From IMG/VR virus record IMGVR_UViG_3300008964_000003: DNA of 64,000 nt, one strand, 5' to 3'. This document shows positions 48,760-57,684 of the stretch, one piece after another. The notes under the pieces were generated by a model that did no database searches, was not told the DNA's origin, and worked only from the letters and a program-made list of their open reading frames with translations. How positions within the stretch are numbered: the stretch's first letter is position 1; each line of letters begins with the position of its first letter. The DNA comes from an uncultured virus (IMG/VR IMGVR_UViG_3300008964_000003). Taxonomy: Duplodnaviria; Heunggongvirae; Uroviricota; Caudoviricetes. Made by a program: the position numbers and the translations under genes.

Positions 48760-49838
48760 CAGCACTTGAAACAAGACCAAACTATGATTGTTACGTAAAT
48801 TACTTCTGGCCAAAGTCCGCTTGGCTAGAAGAGAACTGTCTAATCGGCGACCTAGATTATCTTGGCCCTGAGGCCAATAAGCATGTCAACGACCCGCTGA
48901 TGCAAAACATTCCTGCTTACAATTGTGTATCTCGTACGTATGAAGGTTTCAATAATGTCAATCAGGATTTAAATTACGGCACTGATCAGCGAGTATTTAA
49001 GAAGCGACCAGTAGCCGTGCAAGAACGCGTTAAAAAATATGTGACAGATAAGTGGTCTTTATTAGAACACGTTTATGCCTACTACGTTCATCGTAGTACT
49101 GGTTCAGGGTTTTATGCTGGCAAGGATTGGCACGGTTATCACCATTCAGTGGTAACGCATTTTGGGTTATATGAGACTGCAGATGAAATGGCTAACCTTA
49201 TGAAGGAATGGAAAGCCGCAGACCGCAAAATGTTTTCTACTATCGGAAACCAAAATCCTACACCGATAAAGGGCTTGAATCTGACACAGCACATTACTAC
49301 CTTTGGTCTAGAGTTGATGAAGGAATTGACTGGCTGGTTAGAAGAAAATCTTGCTATGAATAACGCCGCGCCTTTAGATCAAAAGAAATTGACTGACAGG
49401 CTTAATCAAAAGAATATTGATAGAGGTGTACGTCGCTGGAACTTTCCTTATGCACAAATGATTGCTGACATCGCTACGTACCATCCACAGTATGTTGATC
49501 CAAATTCTAGTTTGTATTGTGGCAATAATGCAAGACAGGCAATCGAGCAAATGTTTCGCAGACCTAAGGGCATGAGCGAACACGAATATCATGACGCGGC
49601 ATTAGCAAATCTTACTGAACGCCTAGGTACTAATGCTGTTGCACATGAAGATACATTATGCATCTATGTTAGATTTTTGAATAACCTTGACCGTTCAGGT
49701 CGTGGTCTTACTAATGCTTCTGGTTATTATATGATGAACGAAGATGATACGCCTATGTATCCAGATATTTGGAGGCCTGTTGCATATCAAAAGAAAGTAA
49801 ATAATAGTACACACTCACTAACGGAGCTACTAGCATGA
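48756..49838 (+). CDS. Candidate aGPT-pyrophosphorylase/amino-acid:DNA transferase-like protein
   Basis: F.YAQ.IAD, G.NA, EDTLC motifs resemble aGPT-Pplase family; context. Confidence 0.45.
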   Translation: MTALETRPNYDCYVNYFWPKSAWLEENCLIGDLDYLGPEANKHVNDPLMQNIPAYNCVSRTYEGFNNVNQDLNYGTDQRVFKKRPVAVQERVKKYVTDKWSLLEHVYAYYVHRSTGSGFYAGKDWHGYHHSVVTHFGLYETADEMANLMKEWKAADRKMFSTIGNQNPTPIKGLNLTQHITTFGLELMKELTGWLEENLAMNNAAPLDQKKLTDRLNQKNIDRGVRRWNFPYAQMIADIATYHPQYVDPNSSLYCGNNARQAIEQMFRRPKGMSEHEYHDAALANLTERLGTNAVAHEDTLCIYVRFLNNLDRSGRGLTNASGYYMMNEDDTPMYPDIWRPVAYQKKVNNSTHSLTELLA

Positions 49839-49933
49839 CAAAGACATTCGCGCAAGTTGTACAAGAATACAGACAACATAGGCTTTATATTCTTGCGGCC
49901 TTAAGAGCACAAAAGGAAAAAGAAACCCGATGA
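49835..49933 (+). CDS. 32-aa hypothetical protein
   Basis: GGAG RBS; ATGA coupling on both ends. Confidence 0.5.
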   Translation: MTKTFAQVVQEYRQHRLYILAALRAQKEKETR

Positions 49934-50157
49934 AACCTAATACAAACTTCACTCTTACTGTAAATGATATCTCACATATTGAGAAGGCACTATATACTCG
50001 TCTTGCTGAACTATCGGGGCTGTGTCAGACTCCTAGCACTGCTAAAAAGATTCTAGAGCTATCAGAAGAAACATCGCAAATTTATAACCTGCTTGGTCGT
50101 ATTCATAATCAAAAAGTTTGGTATCGTCCAGAAATGGATGTTTACATTGGCGGATAA
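49930..50157 (+). CDS. Hypothetical protein, paralog of 39723-39974
   Basis: MKPNTNFTLTVND...LLGRIHNQKVWYRP. Confidence 0.7.
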   Translation: MKPNTNFTLTVNDISHIEKALYTRLAELSGLCQTPSTAKKILELSEETSQIYNLLGRIHNQKVWYRPEMDVYIGG

Positions 50158-50169
50158 CTTTGCTATAAT
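50141..50169 (+). promoter_or_regulatory. Early/middle promoter
   Basis: TTTACA-N17-TATAAT. Confidence 0.75.
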
Positions 50170-50196
50170 TAATCATCCACAACATTAGGAAAAGAT

Positions 50197-50634
50197 ATGT
50201 CTCGCAAATGGGATCTTCGCTATATTAAGATGGCACAACAGGTTAGTTCCTGGTCTAAAGATCCATCAACACAGGTAGGTGCAGTGGCGGTTAGCGATAA
50301 AGGCCAAGTCTTATGCACTGGTTATAATGGCTTTCCTCGTGGTATAGATGATGCTGATTATCGCTATAATAATCGTGAACTTAAATATGAATTAATCGTT
50401 CATGCAGAAATGAATGCTATTTACAACGCTACATATAATGGAGTATCACTTGATGGTGCTACAATGTACGTATCGGGATTGCCTTGCTGCAACAGGTGTG
50501 CACTTGGTTTAATTCAAACTGGAATAAAACGTGTAGTCATGCAAGGTAATCCTGATGATCCACGTTGGGCTGACTCATGGAAAATGTCTATGGATCTGTT
50601 TAATGAAACAAATATCGAATGGGAATTTATTTAA
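50197..50634 (+). CDS. cd: dCMP deaminase
   Basis: SKDPSTQVGA, GYNGFP, HAEMNAI, PCCNRC. Confidence 0.93.
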   Translation: MSRKWDLRYIKMAQQVSSWSKDPSTQVGAVAVSDKGQVLCTGYNGFPRGIDDADYRYNNRELKYELIVHAEMNAIYNATYNGVSLDGATMYVSGLPCCNRCALGLIQTGIKRVVMQGNPDDPRWADSWKMSMDLFNETNIEWEFI

Positions 50635-51692
50635 TGTCTTCAATTATGGACAGATTGAAAAAGAACTCTAAGCTTAAGACGACTGAAGTATTGTCTGAGT
50701 CAAAGTTCTTCAATGAAAAAGATATGGTGCAAACTGACGTTCCGATGGTGAACGTTGCACTATCAGGTGATCCAGATGGAGGTCTTACTCCTGGACTTAC
50801 TGTTCTCGCTGGCCCTTCAAAGCACTTTAAGACTTCATTTGCTCTTCTTATGGCAGGTGCATATCTAAAGAAATACGATGATGCAGTGATTCTATTCTAT
50901 GACTCAGAATTTGGCTCACCTCAGTCATACTTCAAGCAGTTTGGTATTGATCCTGCTCGGGTTCTTCATACTCCTATTATGAATGTTGAAGAACTTAAGT
51001 TTGATCTTATTGGCCAGCTCGAGCAACTTGATCGTAAGGATAATGTAATTGTTGTTATTGACTCTATTGGTAACCTTGCATCGAAGAAAGAAATGGAAGA
51101 TGCTCTGAATGAAAAGTCAGTAGCAGATATGTCACGAGCCAAAGCATTGAAAGGTTTGTTCCGTATGGCAACACCATATCTTGCTATGAAGAATATTCCT
51201 ATGTTGGCTATTAACCATACATATCAAGAAATTGGGCTGTTTCCTAAAGCTATTGTATCTGGTGGCACTGGGATTTATTACTCTGCAGATAATATCTGGA
51301 TCCTCGGTCGTCAACAAGATAAAGTTGGTACTGAGATTAAAGGTTATCACTTTGTTATCAATGTTGAGAAGTCTCGCTTTGTTAAAGAAAAGTCCAAGAT
51401 CCCTATTTCGGTATCATGGGAAGGTGGCGTAGAGAAATGGTCAGGTCTTCTTGATGTTGCTCTTGCTGGTAACTATGCTGCTAAACCGTCGAATGGATGG
51501 TTCTGTCATGTAGATCAAGAAACAGGCGAATTGGTAGATACTAAATATCGTGCAAAGGATACACTAACAGAAGAATTCTGGAAACCTATCTTTGAGAACA
51601 CCGACTTTAAAGAATTCTTGAAAAAACAATATCAAATTGGACATGAGTCTCTTGTTAATATGGATGATATTGTACTAGAAAGCGAGGAATAA
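50634..51692 (+). CDS. uvsX: RecA-like recombinase UvsX
   Basis: AGPSKHFKT, YDSEFG, DSIGNLAS, DMSRAK. Confidence 0.96.
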   Translation: MSSIMDRLKKNSKLKTTEVLSESKFFNEKDMVQTDVPMVNVALSGDPDGGLTPGLTVLAGPSKHFKTSFALLMAGAYLKKYDDAVILFYDSEFGSPQSYFKQFGIDPARVLHTPIMNVEELKFDLIGQLEQLDRKDNVIVVIDSIGNLASKKEMEDALNEKSVADMSRAKALKGLFRMATPYLAMKNIPMLAINHTYQEIGLFPKAIVSGGTGIYYSADNIWILGRQQDKVGTEIKGYHFVINVEKSRFVKEKSKIPISVSWEGGVEKWSGLLDVALAGNYAAKPSNGWFCHVDQETGELVDTKYRAKDTLTEEFWKPIFENTDFKEFLKKQYQIGHESLVNMDDIVLESEE

Positions 51693-51695
51693 CAA

Positions 51696-52616
51696 TTGGC
51701 ATTAGAATATTCGTTTTTGGAAAATGGTTGGGTTGTTAGAATACATAACCGAATTCAGGATATGTCTTTAGAAGATAAGCTTGAAGCACTTGAATTGTTG
51801 CGCAAAAACGTTGTTGTTGTGTGGAAAAATCAAAAGCTAACTCCCAGAGAGGAGTTAGACTTTTGTGGATCATTTGGTAGTTATGATTTTGCAGATGTTG
51901 CCGAATATTGGGATAATCTACCGTCCGATCAACAGGATATCTTTATTAAAGAATATCCGGGAATTTTAAGAGTTACAGCAAAACCTGGTACAAATGGTGG
52001 ACCTGGACATTTTAGTCATAAAACTGAATTAAAATGGCACAGTGATAGGATTGGGCATCCTGATAGAAGACCTTGTGTTTGGCTGTATGGCATTACTGAT
52101 ACTACTGGATCAGTAACAAATTTTACCAATAATTTTCTTGCATATAATGCCCTTTCTGAAGAAGAAAAGAATTTCTATGGCGGATTAAGGGTTTCCCATT
52201 ATAATACACGATACCAACAAGATAGCGATAGGAGCACTCATGCATGGCGCATCGAAGAAAATCTTATCATAAAAAATATGGGTATATGGGACAATATTAT
52301 CGTAGAAAACGATTTTGGGGATAAATCATTTTTCTTTTCCCCATTGCAAGTCGGTTGCATTGAAGGTATGAGCGAAGAAAAATCTTTAGAAATCGCTGAT
52401 GAGCTTTTACAATATCTGACTCAACCACAATTCGTGTATTCTCACCAATGGGAAGATGGAGATGTGGTTATTAGTGAACAAACGTTTAGCATGCATTCTA
52501 GAGACGCTTTTAATGATATGGAAAAACGATATTTACACCATATACAATTTAACGTAGAAAAAATTCTGCCAGATTTAAAATATCCTGGCTACAACGATAG
52601 AGGGCATTTAGTATGA
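51696..52616 (+). CDS. TauD/TfdA-family 2OG dioxygenase
   Basis: WHSD, G..TNF.N...AY..L, HQWEDGDVVI, H.R; TTG start. Confidence 0.85.
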   Translation: MALEYSFLENGWVVRIHNRIQDMSLEDKLEALELLRKNVVVVWKNQKLTPREELDFCGSFGSYDFADVAEYWDNLPSDQQDIFIKEYPGILRVTAKPGTNGGPGHFSHKTELKWHSDRIGHPDRRPCVWLYGITDTTGSVTNFTNNFLAYNALSEEEKNFYGGLRVSHYNTRYQQDSDRSTHAWRIEENLIIKNMGIWDNIIVENDFGDKSFFFSPLQVGCIEGMSEEKSLEIADELLQYLTQPQFVYSHQWEDGDVVISEQTFSMHSRDAFNDMEKRYLHHIQFNVEKILPDLKYPGYNDRGHLV

Positions 52617-52915
52617 GCGCATTTGATTTAGAAGGTAAACCGTTGCTTAATGAAAACGTAGATTATGAACTTGTTCCCTCAGAAGGTGAAAATTGGGATA
52701 TTCGTATTCTATCTGGAGCTTTTACTGAAACGATTCTCAAGTTCACTAAACTTAAAGTGTCAGATGATGAAGAATATATGACATTTAACTTTGACGTCGT
52801 ATCATCCCCTGACGATGAATTGAGTGATTCAAATACTGATTTACAAGACCATGCAAGTATGATATTAGATTCAATATTAGAGAATGCAGCGCGCGCGCTT
52901 GAAAATAAAAAATAA
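52613..52915 (+). CDS. Probable head vertex assembly chaperone (gp40-like)
   Basis: Size and position between uvsX and gp41. Confidence 0.5.
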   Translation: MSAFDLEGKPLLNENVDYELVPSEGENWDIRILSGAFTETILKFTKLKVSDDEEYMTFNFDVVSSPDDELSDSNTDLQDHASMILDSILENAARALENKK

Positions 52916-53334
52916 TGAAAATCTTGATCTGCGGTCTACCAGGCAGTGGTAAGACCTATCTAGCCCAGCGACTACAGAAACAGCTAGAGTGTGCGTGGTA
53001 CAACGCAGACAGTATTCGTAACATGGCGAACGACTGGGACTTCAGTGGTCCTGGTCGCCGCCGGCAGGCGGAACGTATGAACACCTTCGCTAACTTCGAA
53101 CACAAGCGGGGGCGAACAGTTATCTGTGACTTCGTGTGCCCTACGTGTGAAACCCGTAAAGAGTTTGACGCGGATATTACTATTTGGATGGACACTATTA
53201 CCACCGGGCGATTTGAAGACACAAACAAGATCTTCGAGAATCCCAAGGACTGGGATATTCGCGTGGATAAGTTTGAAACAGAAGAAGCGATCGAAGAAAT
53301 AGCAAGAGTGCTAAAGGAAGAATATAATGTTTGA
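52915..53334 (+). CDS. Adenylylsulfate kinase-like (CysC-like) P-loop kinase
   Basis: GLPGSGKT, NAD.IR, DFS..GR.RQA.R, DFVCP, FE.P. Confidence 0.8.
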   Translation: MKILICGLPGSGKTYLAQRLQKQLECAWYNADSIRNMANDWDFSGPGRRRQAERMNTFANFEHKRGRTVICDFVCPTCETRKEFDADITIWMDTITTGRFEDTNKIFENPKDWDIRVDKFETEEAIEEIARVLKEEYNV

Positions 53335-53737
53335 TTGGAAGAAGCCCACAGCAGAAATGCTTGGTCGTTGGCAGCCATGGCATGACGGGCACACCGAGCT
53401 ATTTAAGAAAGCGCATGCAGATGTAGGCCAAGTGGTTATTATGGTACGTGACGTCGAAGGCATTGTTGGTGAAGATGCCGGAGGTGGACGTACTGCAACC
53501 CAAGATGATAATCCATTTTATTACGATTATGTTTGTGATGCTATTGAAGATGGATTGCGAGAAGAGGGGTTTACACCGGGCTCTGAATATGTTATTATGA
53601 AAGTACCAAACATCGTAGACATTAGCTACGGTCGAGGTGTTGGTTACACATTCACGCAACACGATCTTGGAGAAGAGACACATAGTATCTCAGCAACTAA
53701 GATCCGTGCTGCAATGCGAGAAAAGGGTGAACTTTGA
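53327..53737 (+). CDS. HxGH nucleotidyltransferase
   Basis: GRWQPWHDGH, DNPF, ISATKIR. Confidence 0.8.
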   Translation: MFDWKKPTAEMLGRWQPWHDGHTELFKKAHADVGQVVIMVRDVEGIVGEDAGGGRTATQDDNPFYYDYVCDAIEDGLREEGFTPGSEYVIMKVPNIVDISYGRGVGYTFTQHDLGEETHSISATKIRAAMREKGEL

Positions 53738-55110
53738 TTAATGCAAACATAGAACAAACTGTTCTAAGAAACCTATTGGTGAATGATGAGTATATGAGGC
53801 GTGTACTCCCTTTCATCCAACCCGAATATTTTGAAGGAGTATATCAACAACTATTTCGTGAAGTAGCCAAGTTTGTTGCCAAGTATAATAAACTGCCTAC
53901 AGCTGAAGCATTTAAGATTGAACTTGATGATAATCAAACTATGTCTGATGAGCACTATCGTCATGCAGTAGAAATCATCCCAGAAATCTTTAAGATTGAA
54001 GATATTGATGATGAATGGCTTTATAATAAAACAGAGAAGTGGTGTCAAGATCGTGCACTATTCAATGCTGTTATGGAGTCTATTAGCATTATTGATGGTA
54101 AGCATAAGACCCTCACAAAAAATGCTTTGCCTGATATCCTACAAAAAGCTTTGGCGGTTACATTTGATACAAATATTGGTCATGACTATCTTGAGAATGT
54201 TAATGAACGATATGAATTTTATCATTCACAGGAAGAAAAGATCCCATTTGATATCGAATATTTCAATCTAATTACTAAAGGCGGCCTTGCTAATAAATCA
54301 CTGAACATTGCTCTTGCTGGCACTGGCGTAGGTAAGTCTCTGTTTATGTGCCATGTTGCAGCTGCAGCCTTGAATGAAGGCAGAAATGTTCTATATATAT
54401 CCATGGAGATGAGTGAAGAACGTGTAGCTGAACGTATCGACGCCAACTTGCTTGACATTCCTATCGAACAAATTGATAGTATGGATGAGCAGATGTTTAA
54501 AGATCGTGTAAACAGTCTTAAGACTAAAACTAATGGTAAACTTATTGTTAAAGAGTATCCAACCGGTTCGGCTAATGCTAATCACTTCAGAGCATTGTTG
54601 AATGAATTGAAACTTAAAAAAGCCTTTGTTCCAGATATTATCTTTGTAGATTATCTTAATATCTGTGCATCAGCAAGAATGAAAATGGGAGGATCAGTAA
54701 ACAGCTATGCATACATTAAAGCCATTGCTGAAGAACTACGTGGCCTTGCCGTCGAATTCGACTTACCGATCGTCTCTGCAACCCAAACGACTCGTACTGG
54801 TTATTCTAGTTCGGATCCTGGGCTTGAAGATACCTCCGAGTCTTTTGGACTACCCGCTACCGCAGACCTAATGTTCGCTTTGGTATCCAGCGAAGAGTTA
54901 GATGCACAAGGCCAGATTATGGTCAAACAATTGAAGAATAGATACAACGACCCAAATAAAAACAAACGCTTTGTTGTTGGTATTGATAGATCTAAGATGA
55001 GATTGTTTGATGCTGATGATACTAGCCAAAACTTAATGAAAGACACACCAATGTTTGATCGAACCAATCAGGGTGAAGATCAGAAAAAATTTGAAGACTT
55101 TAAATTCTAG
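53734..55110 (+). CDS. gp41: Replicative helicase gp41
   Basis: AGTGVGKS, MEMSEE, VDYLNIC, SESFGLPATAD, KQLKNRY. Confidence 0.97.
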   Translation: MINANIEQTVLRNLLVNDEYMRRVLPFIQPEYFEGVYQQLFREVAKFVAKYNKLPTAEAFKIELDDNQTMSDEHYRHAVEIIPEIFKIEDIDDEWLYNKTEKWCQDRALFNAVMESISIIDGKHKTLTKNALPDILQKALAVTFDTNIGHDYLENVNERYEFYHSQEEKIPFDIEYFNLITKGGLANKSLNIALAGTGVGKSLFMCHVAAAALNEGRNVLYISMEMSEERVAERIDANLLDIPIEQIDSMDEQMFKDRVNSLKTKTNGKLIVKEYPTGSANANHFRALLNELKLKKAFVPDIIFVDYLNICASARMKMGGSVNSYAYIKAIAEELRGLAVEFDLPIVSATQTTRTGYSSSDPGLEDTSESFGLPATADLMFALVSSEELDAQGQIMVKQLKNRYNDPNKNKRFVVGIDRSKMRLFDADDTSQNLMKDTPMFDRTNQGEDQKKFEDFKF

Positions 55111-55119
55111 GAGAATATT

Positions 55120-55404
55120 ATGGGAAAGAAAAGACAGAGCACTGGCAACGTATCAAAGGGTGAGCGTCGTTCATCCATTGGATACGGCAGTCAAGGCGTA
55201 ACAAACGCAGACAAAATGCTTCGGAAGCTCGATGCACTTGCAAAGGGTAAAGATATTACTATTACCCTCGAAAATCCTAACAAAGAGGAAACCAATCGTA
55301 GGTTTATTAAATATAAAGTTAGCGGTAAGGCCTATGTGAAATACATTCAAGGCGGGTCTGAAATGAAAGGCGCTCGTAATCCTCTTCTTTCGCTGGGAGA
55401 ATAA
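55120..55404 (+). CDS. Basic hypothetical protein
   Basis: AGGAG RBS; SKGERRS, NPNKEETNRRFI. Confidence 0.65.
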   Translation: MGKKRQSTGNVSKGERRSSIGYGSQGVTNADKMLRKLDALAKGKDITITLENPNKEETNRRFIKYKVSGKAYVKYIQGGSEMKGARNPLLSLGE

Positions 55405-55405
55405 T

Positions 55406-56098
55406 ATGAAATTTGCAAATGAGGCTATGAAAGCCTATTTGGTTGTGCAACCAGCACCAGCAGAAGAATTTAAGGAGCACTTCAATGACGCACTCGAGCT
55501 TATTGCCTACTGTGCCAGAGTATCTAACCCAGCTAACCAGTTCAACAAAGACACCGGAGAAAGACTTGTCCGATATCTCGTCAAGCACAAACACTGGTCA
55601 CCACTCGAAATGTGCAACGCCACAATCGGGATCGACACAACGCGGGACATCGCGCGGCAAATCCTCCGACACAGAAGCTTCTACTTTCAGGAATTTAGCC
55701 AGCGCTACGCCGATCCTAACGACCTTGATGTTTCCTTTGTTCTAAGAGAAGCGCGTCTACAAGATCCGAAGAATCGTCAGAATAGTATTGAAAGTGACGA
55801 TCTTGAATTGCAAAAAGCTTGGGTAATGAAACAAACCCAGATTATTCATGAAGCAAAACTAGCGTATCAATGGGCAATTATGAATGGTATTGCAAAAGAA
55901 CAGGCACGTTGTGTTCTTCCTGAAGGCAATACTGTAAGCAAGGTGTATATGAATGGAACACTTCGTTCTTGGGTTCATTACATTGAACTACGCTCAGGTA
56001 ACGGAACACAGAAAGAACACATTGAAGTTGCGCGTGAAGTTGCTAAGGCAATCGCTAAGATCTTCCCAATGGTAGAGGAATTTGTACATGATGAATAG
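55406..56098 (+). CDS. thyX: Flavin-dependent thymidylate synthase
   Basis: HWSPLE, QILRHRSF.FQEFSQRY, EQAR.VLP, R...TQKEH. Confidence 0.95.
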   Translation: MKFANEAMKAYLVVQPAPAEEFKEHFNDALELIAYCARVSNPANQFNKDTGERLVRYLVKHKHWSPLEMCNATIGIDTTRDIARQILRHRSFYFQEFSQRYADPNDLDVSFVLREARLQDPKNRQNSIESDDLELQKAWVMKQTQIIHEAKLAYQWAIMNGIAKEQARCVLPEGNTVSKVYMNGTLRSWVHYIELRSGNGTQKEHIEVAREVAKAIAKIFPMVEEFVHDE

Positions 56099-56300
56099 AA
56101 AAATCTCAACGTATTATGCTGATCCTCCTGGCCGAGGTCATTGTGAAGTCCATATGGATTTAAAAGAAGAAATGACCTATATCAAGTACTTTGATGATAA
56201 CGGTAGAATGTTTTTTACAGAGGATTTCCCTAACAAATCTTTGCGGTATGTCGAGGATGCTGCAGAGAACTGGGCCCTTGGCATAAAAAAACTAGATTAA
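56088..56300 (+). CDS. Hypothetical protein
   Basis: KSLRYVEDAAENWALG motif; start uncertain. Confidence 0.6.
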   Translation: MMNRKISTYYADPPGRGHCEVHMDLKEEMTYIKYFDDNGRMFFTEDFPNKSLRYVEDAAENWALGIKKLD

Positions 56301-56313
56301 GCGAAAATAGTTG

Positions 56314-56342
56314 TTTACACTCCTTTTCATATATGGTATAAC
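56314..56342 (+). promoter_or_regulatory. Early/middle promoter
   Basis: TTTACA-N17-TATAAC. Confidence 0.65.
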
Positions 56343-56377
56343 AGTTGTAATAATGTAATAATTAATGAGGCAGAACA

Positions 56378-56845
56378 ATGAAAATCACTAACGCACTATC
56401 ATTTATGATGACAGTAGCTATAGTAGTTGGTTTTATTATAGGCTGTACATCAGAAGAAGCAAAGGCCAAGGCAGTAAAGGATAAAACCTGCCTCGCGCTT
56501 AACATCTACCACGAAGCACGTGGTGAACCAATTGCTGGCCAAATCGCAGTTGCACAGGTTACGATGAACCGTGTAGCGCATAAAAGCTGGCCAAATAATG
56601 TATGTAAAGTAGTATATCAGCGTAAGCAATTTAGCTGGACCCATACGATTAAAGACCATACTCCAAAAGAAACCGAGCAGTGGGAAATTGCCAAAGATAT
56701 TGCTGAAAGGGTATATAAAAATGAAGAAGATGACTTTGTACACGGTGCAGTGTTTTACCACGCTGACTACGTAAATCCTTCGTGGGCAAATGCTTATACT
56801 GAAGTAACTAAAATTGGCGCTCACATTTTTTATAAGAAAGACTAA
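56378..56845 (+). CDS. Cell wall hydrolase (SleB/Hydrolase_2) with N-terminal TM/signal
   Basis: CLALNIYHEARGE, VAQVTMNRV, QFSW, YHADYV.P.W, IGAHIFY. Confidence 0.93.
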   Translation: MKITNALSFMMTVAIVVGFIIGCTSEEAKAKAVKDKTCLALNIYHEARGEPIAGQIAVAQVTMNRVAHKSWPNNVCKVVYQRKQFSWTHTIKDHTPKETEQWEIAKDIAERVYKNEEDDFVHGAVFYHADYVNPSWANAYTEVTKIGAHIFYKKD

Positions 56846-56847
56846 TA

Positions 56848-57381
56848 ATGAAACTATTGATTGTCGGACATGCTCGACACGGTAAAGATACTGTAGCAGA
56901 ATACTTTGAATCAAAATACGGATTGCAGTTTGCATCTTCAAGTATGCATAATGCAGAGCATACTGTATTTCCTGTATTGGCACCACTATATGGTTATAAG
57001 ACTGTACAAGAATGTTTTGAAGATCGTGGTAACCATAGATCAGAATGGTATGATCTTATTGCTGCACGCTGTAAAGACGATCCTGCTACCATTGGCCGTG
57101 AGATCTTTGAGATTTCTGACATCTATGCAGGTCTTCGTAATAAACGTGAATTCCATGGTATCAAGAATGCTGGCTTGATTGATTGTGCTATTTGGGTAGA
57201 TCGCTCAGACCATCTTCCACCTGAAGATAAGTCGTCTATGAGTCTAGAACCATGGATGACTGATTATGTTATTGATAATAATGGCACTCTAGAACAATTG
57301 TATCAAGCCATTGATGCTTTGTATTACACTCTAGCCTATCGTTTTGACGGCTTAGGTCATGAATATGAAATGTATCCTTAA
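56848..57381 (+). CDS. dNMP kinase-like P-loop protein
   Basis: GHARHGKDT, R...E, IDNNGTLEQL. Confidence 0.7.
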   Translation: MKLLIVGHARHGKDTVAEYFESKYGLQFASSSMHNAEHTVFPVLAPLYGYKTVQECFEDRGNHRSEWYDLIAARCKDDPATIGREIFEISDIYAGLRNKREFHGIKNAGLIDCAIWVDRSDHLPPEDKSSMSLEPWMTDYVIDNNGTLEQLYQAIDALYYTLAYRFDGLGHEYEMYP

Positions 57382-57613
57382 AAAAGCTATTAATTGGTGG
57401 CGGATGACTGACCACAAGAATAAGATGGAACAGCGTCAAAAAGAGGTAGAATCTATCTATGAAAAAACCAATAATATACGGAAAAGAATCTCCGCTCTTA
57501 GAAGCAGCCATGGATGGGATAAGAAACCCACTGAAGCTGTACCGGTACCGGAATCCAAACCGTACGTCAAACCCGGACTCGAGGATATCAAAGCAAAGCT
57601 TCGTAAAAAGTGA
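57359..57613 (+). CDS. Hypothetical protein
   Basis: ORF; start uncertain. Confidence 0.45.
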   Translation: MNMKCILKKAINWWRMTDHKNKMEQRQKEVESIYEKTNNIRKRISALRSSHGWDKKPTEAVPVPESKPYVKPGLEDIKAKLRKK

Positions 57614-57649
57614 TTTAAAAGTCACAGTATTAAAACTATAATATAGGGG

Positions 57650-57678
57650 TTTACTTAATCCATCCTTTATGTTAATAT
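57650..57678 (+). promoter_or_regulatory. Putative promoter of the tmRNA gene
   Basis: TTTACT-N17-TAATAT. Confidence 0.5.
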
Positions 57679-57684
57679 ATAACC

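Noticed and set aside
14965..55110. Inteins, group I introns or homing endonucleases in gp17, gp43, gp41, uvsX or uvsW
   Set aside because: These ORFs are contiguous and of ordinary length; no LAGLIDADG, HNH or GIY-YIG motifs were recognised
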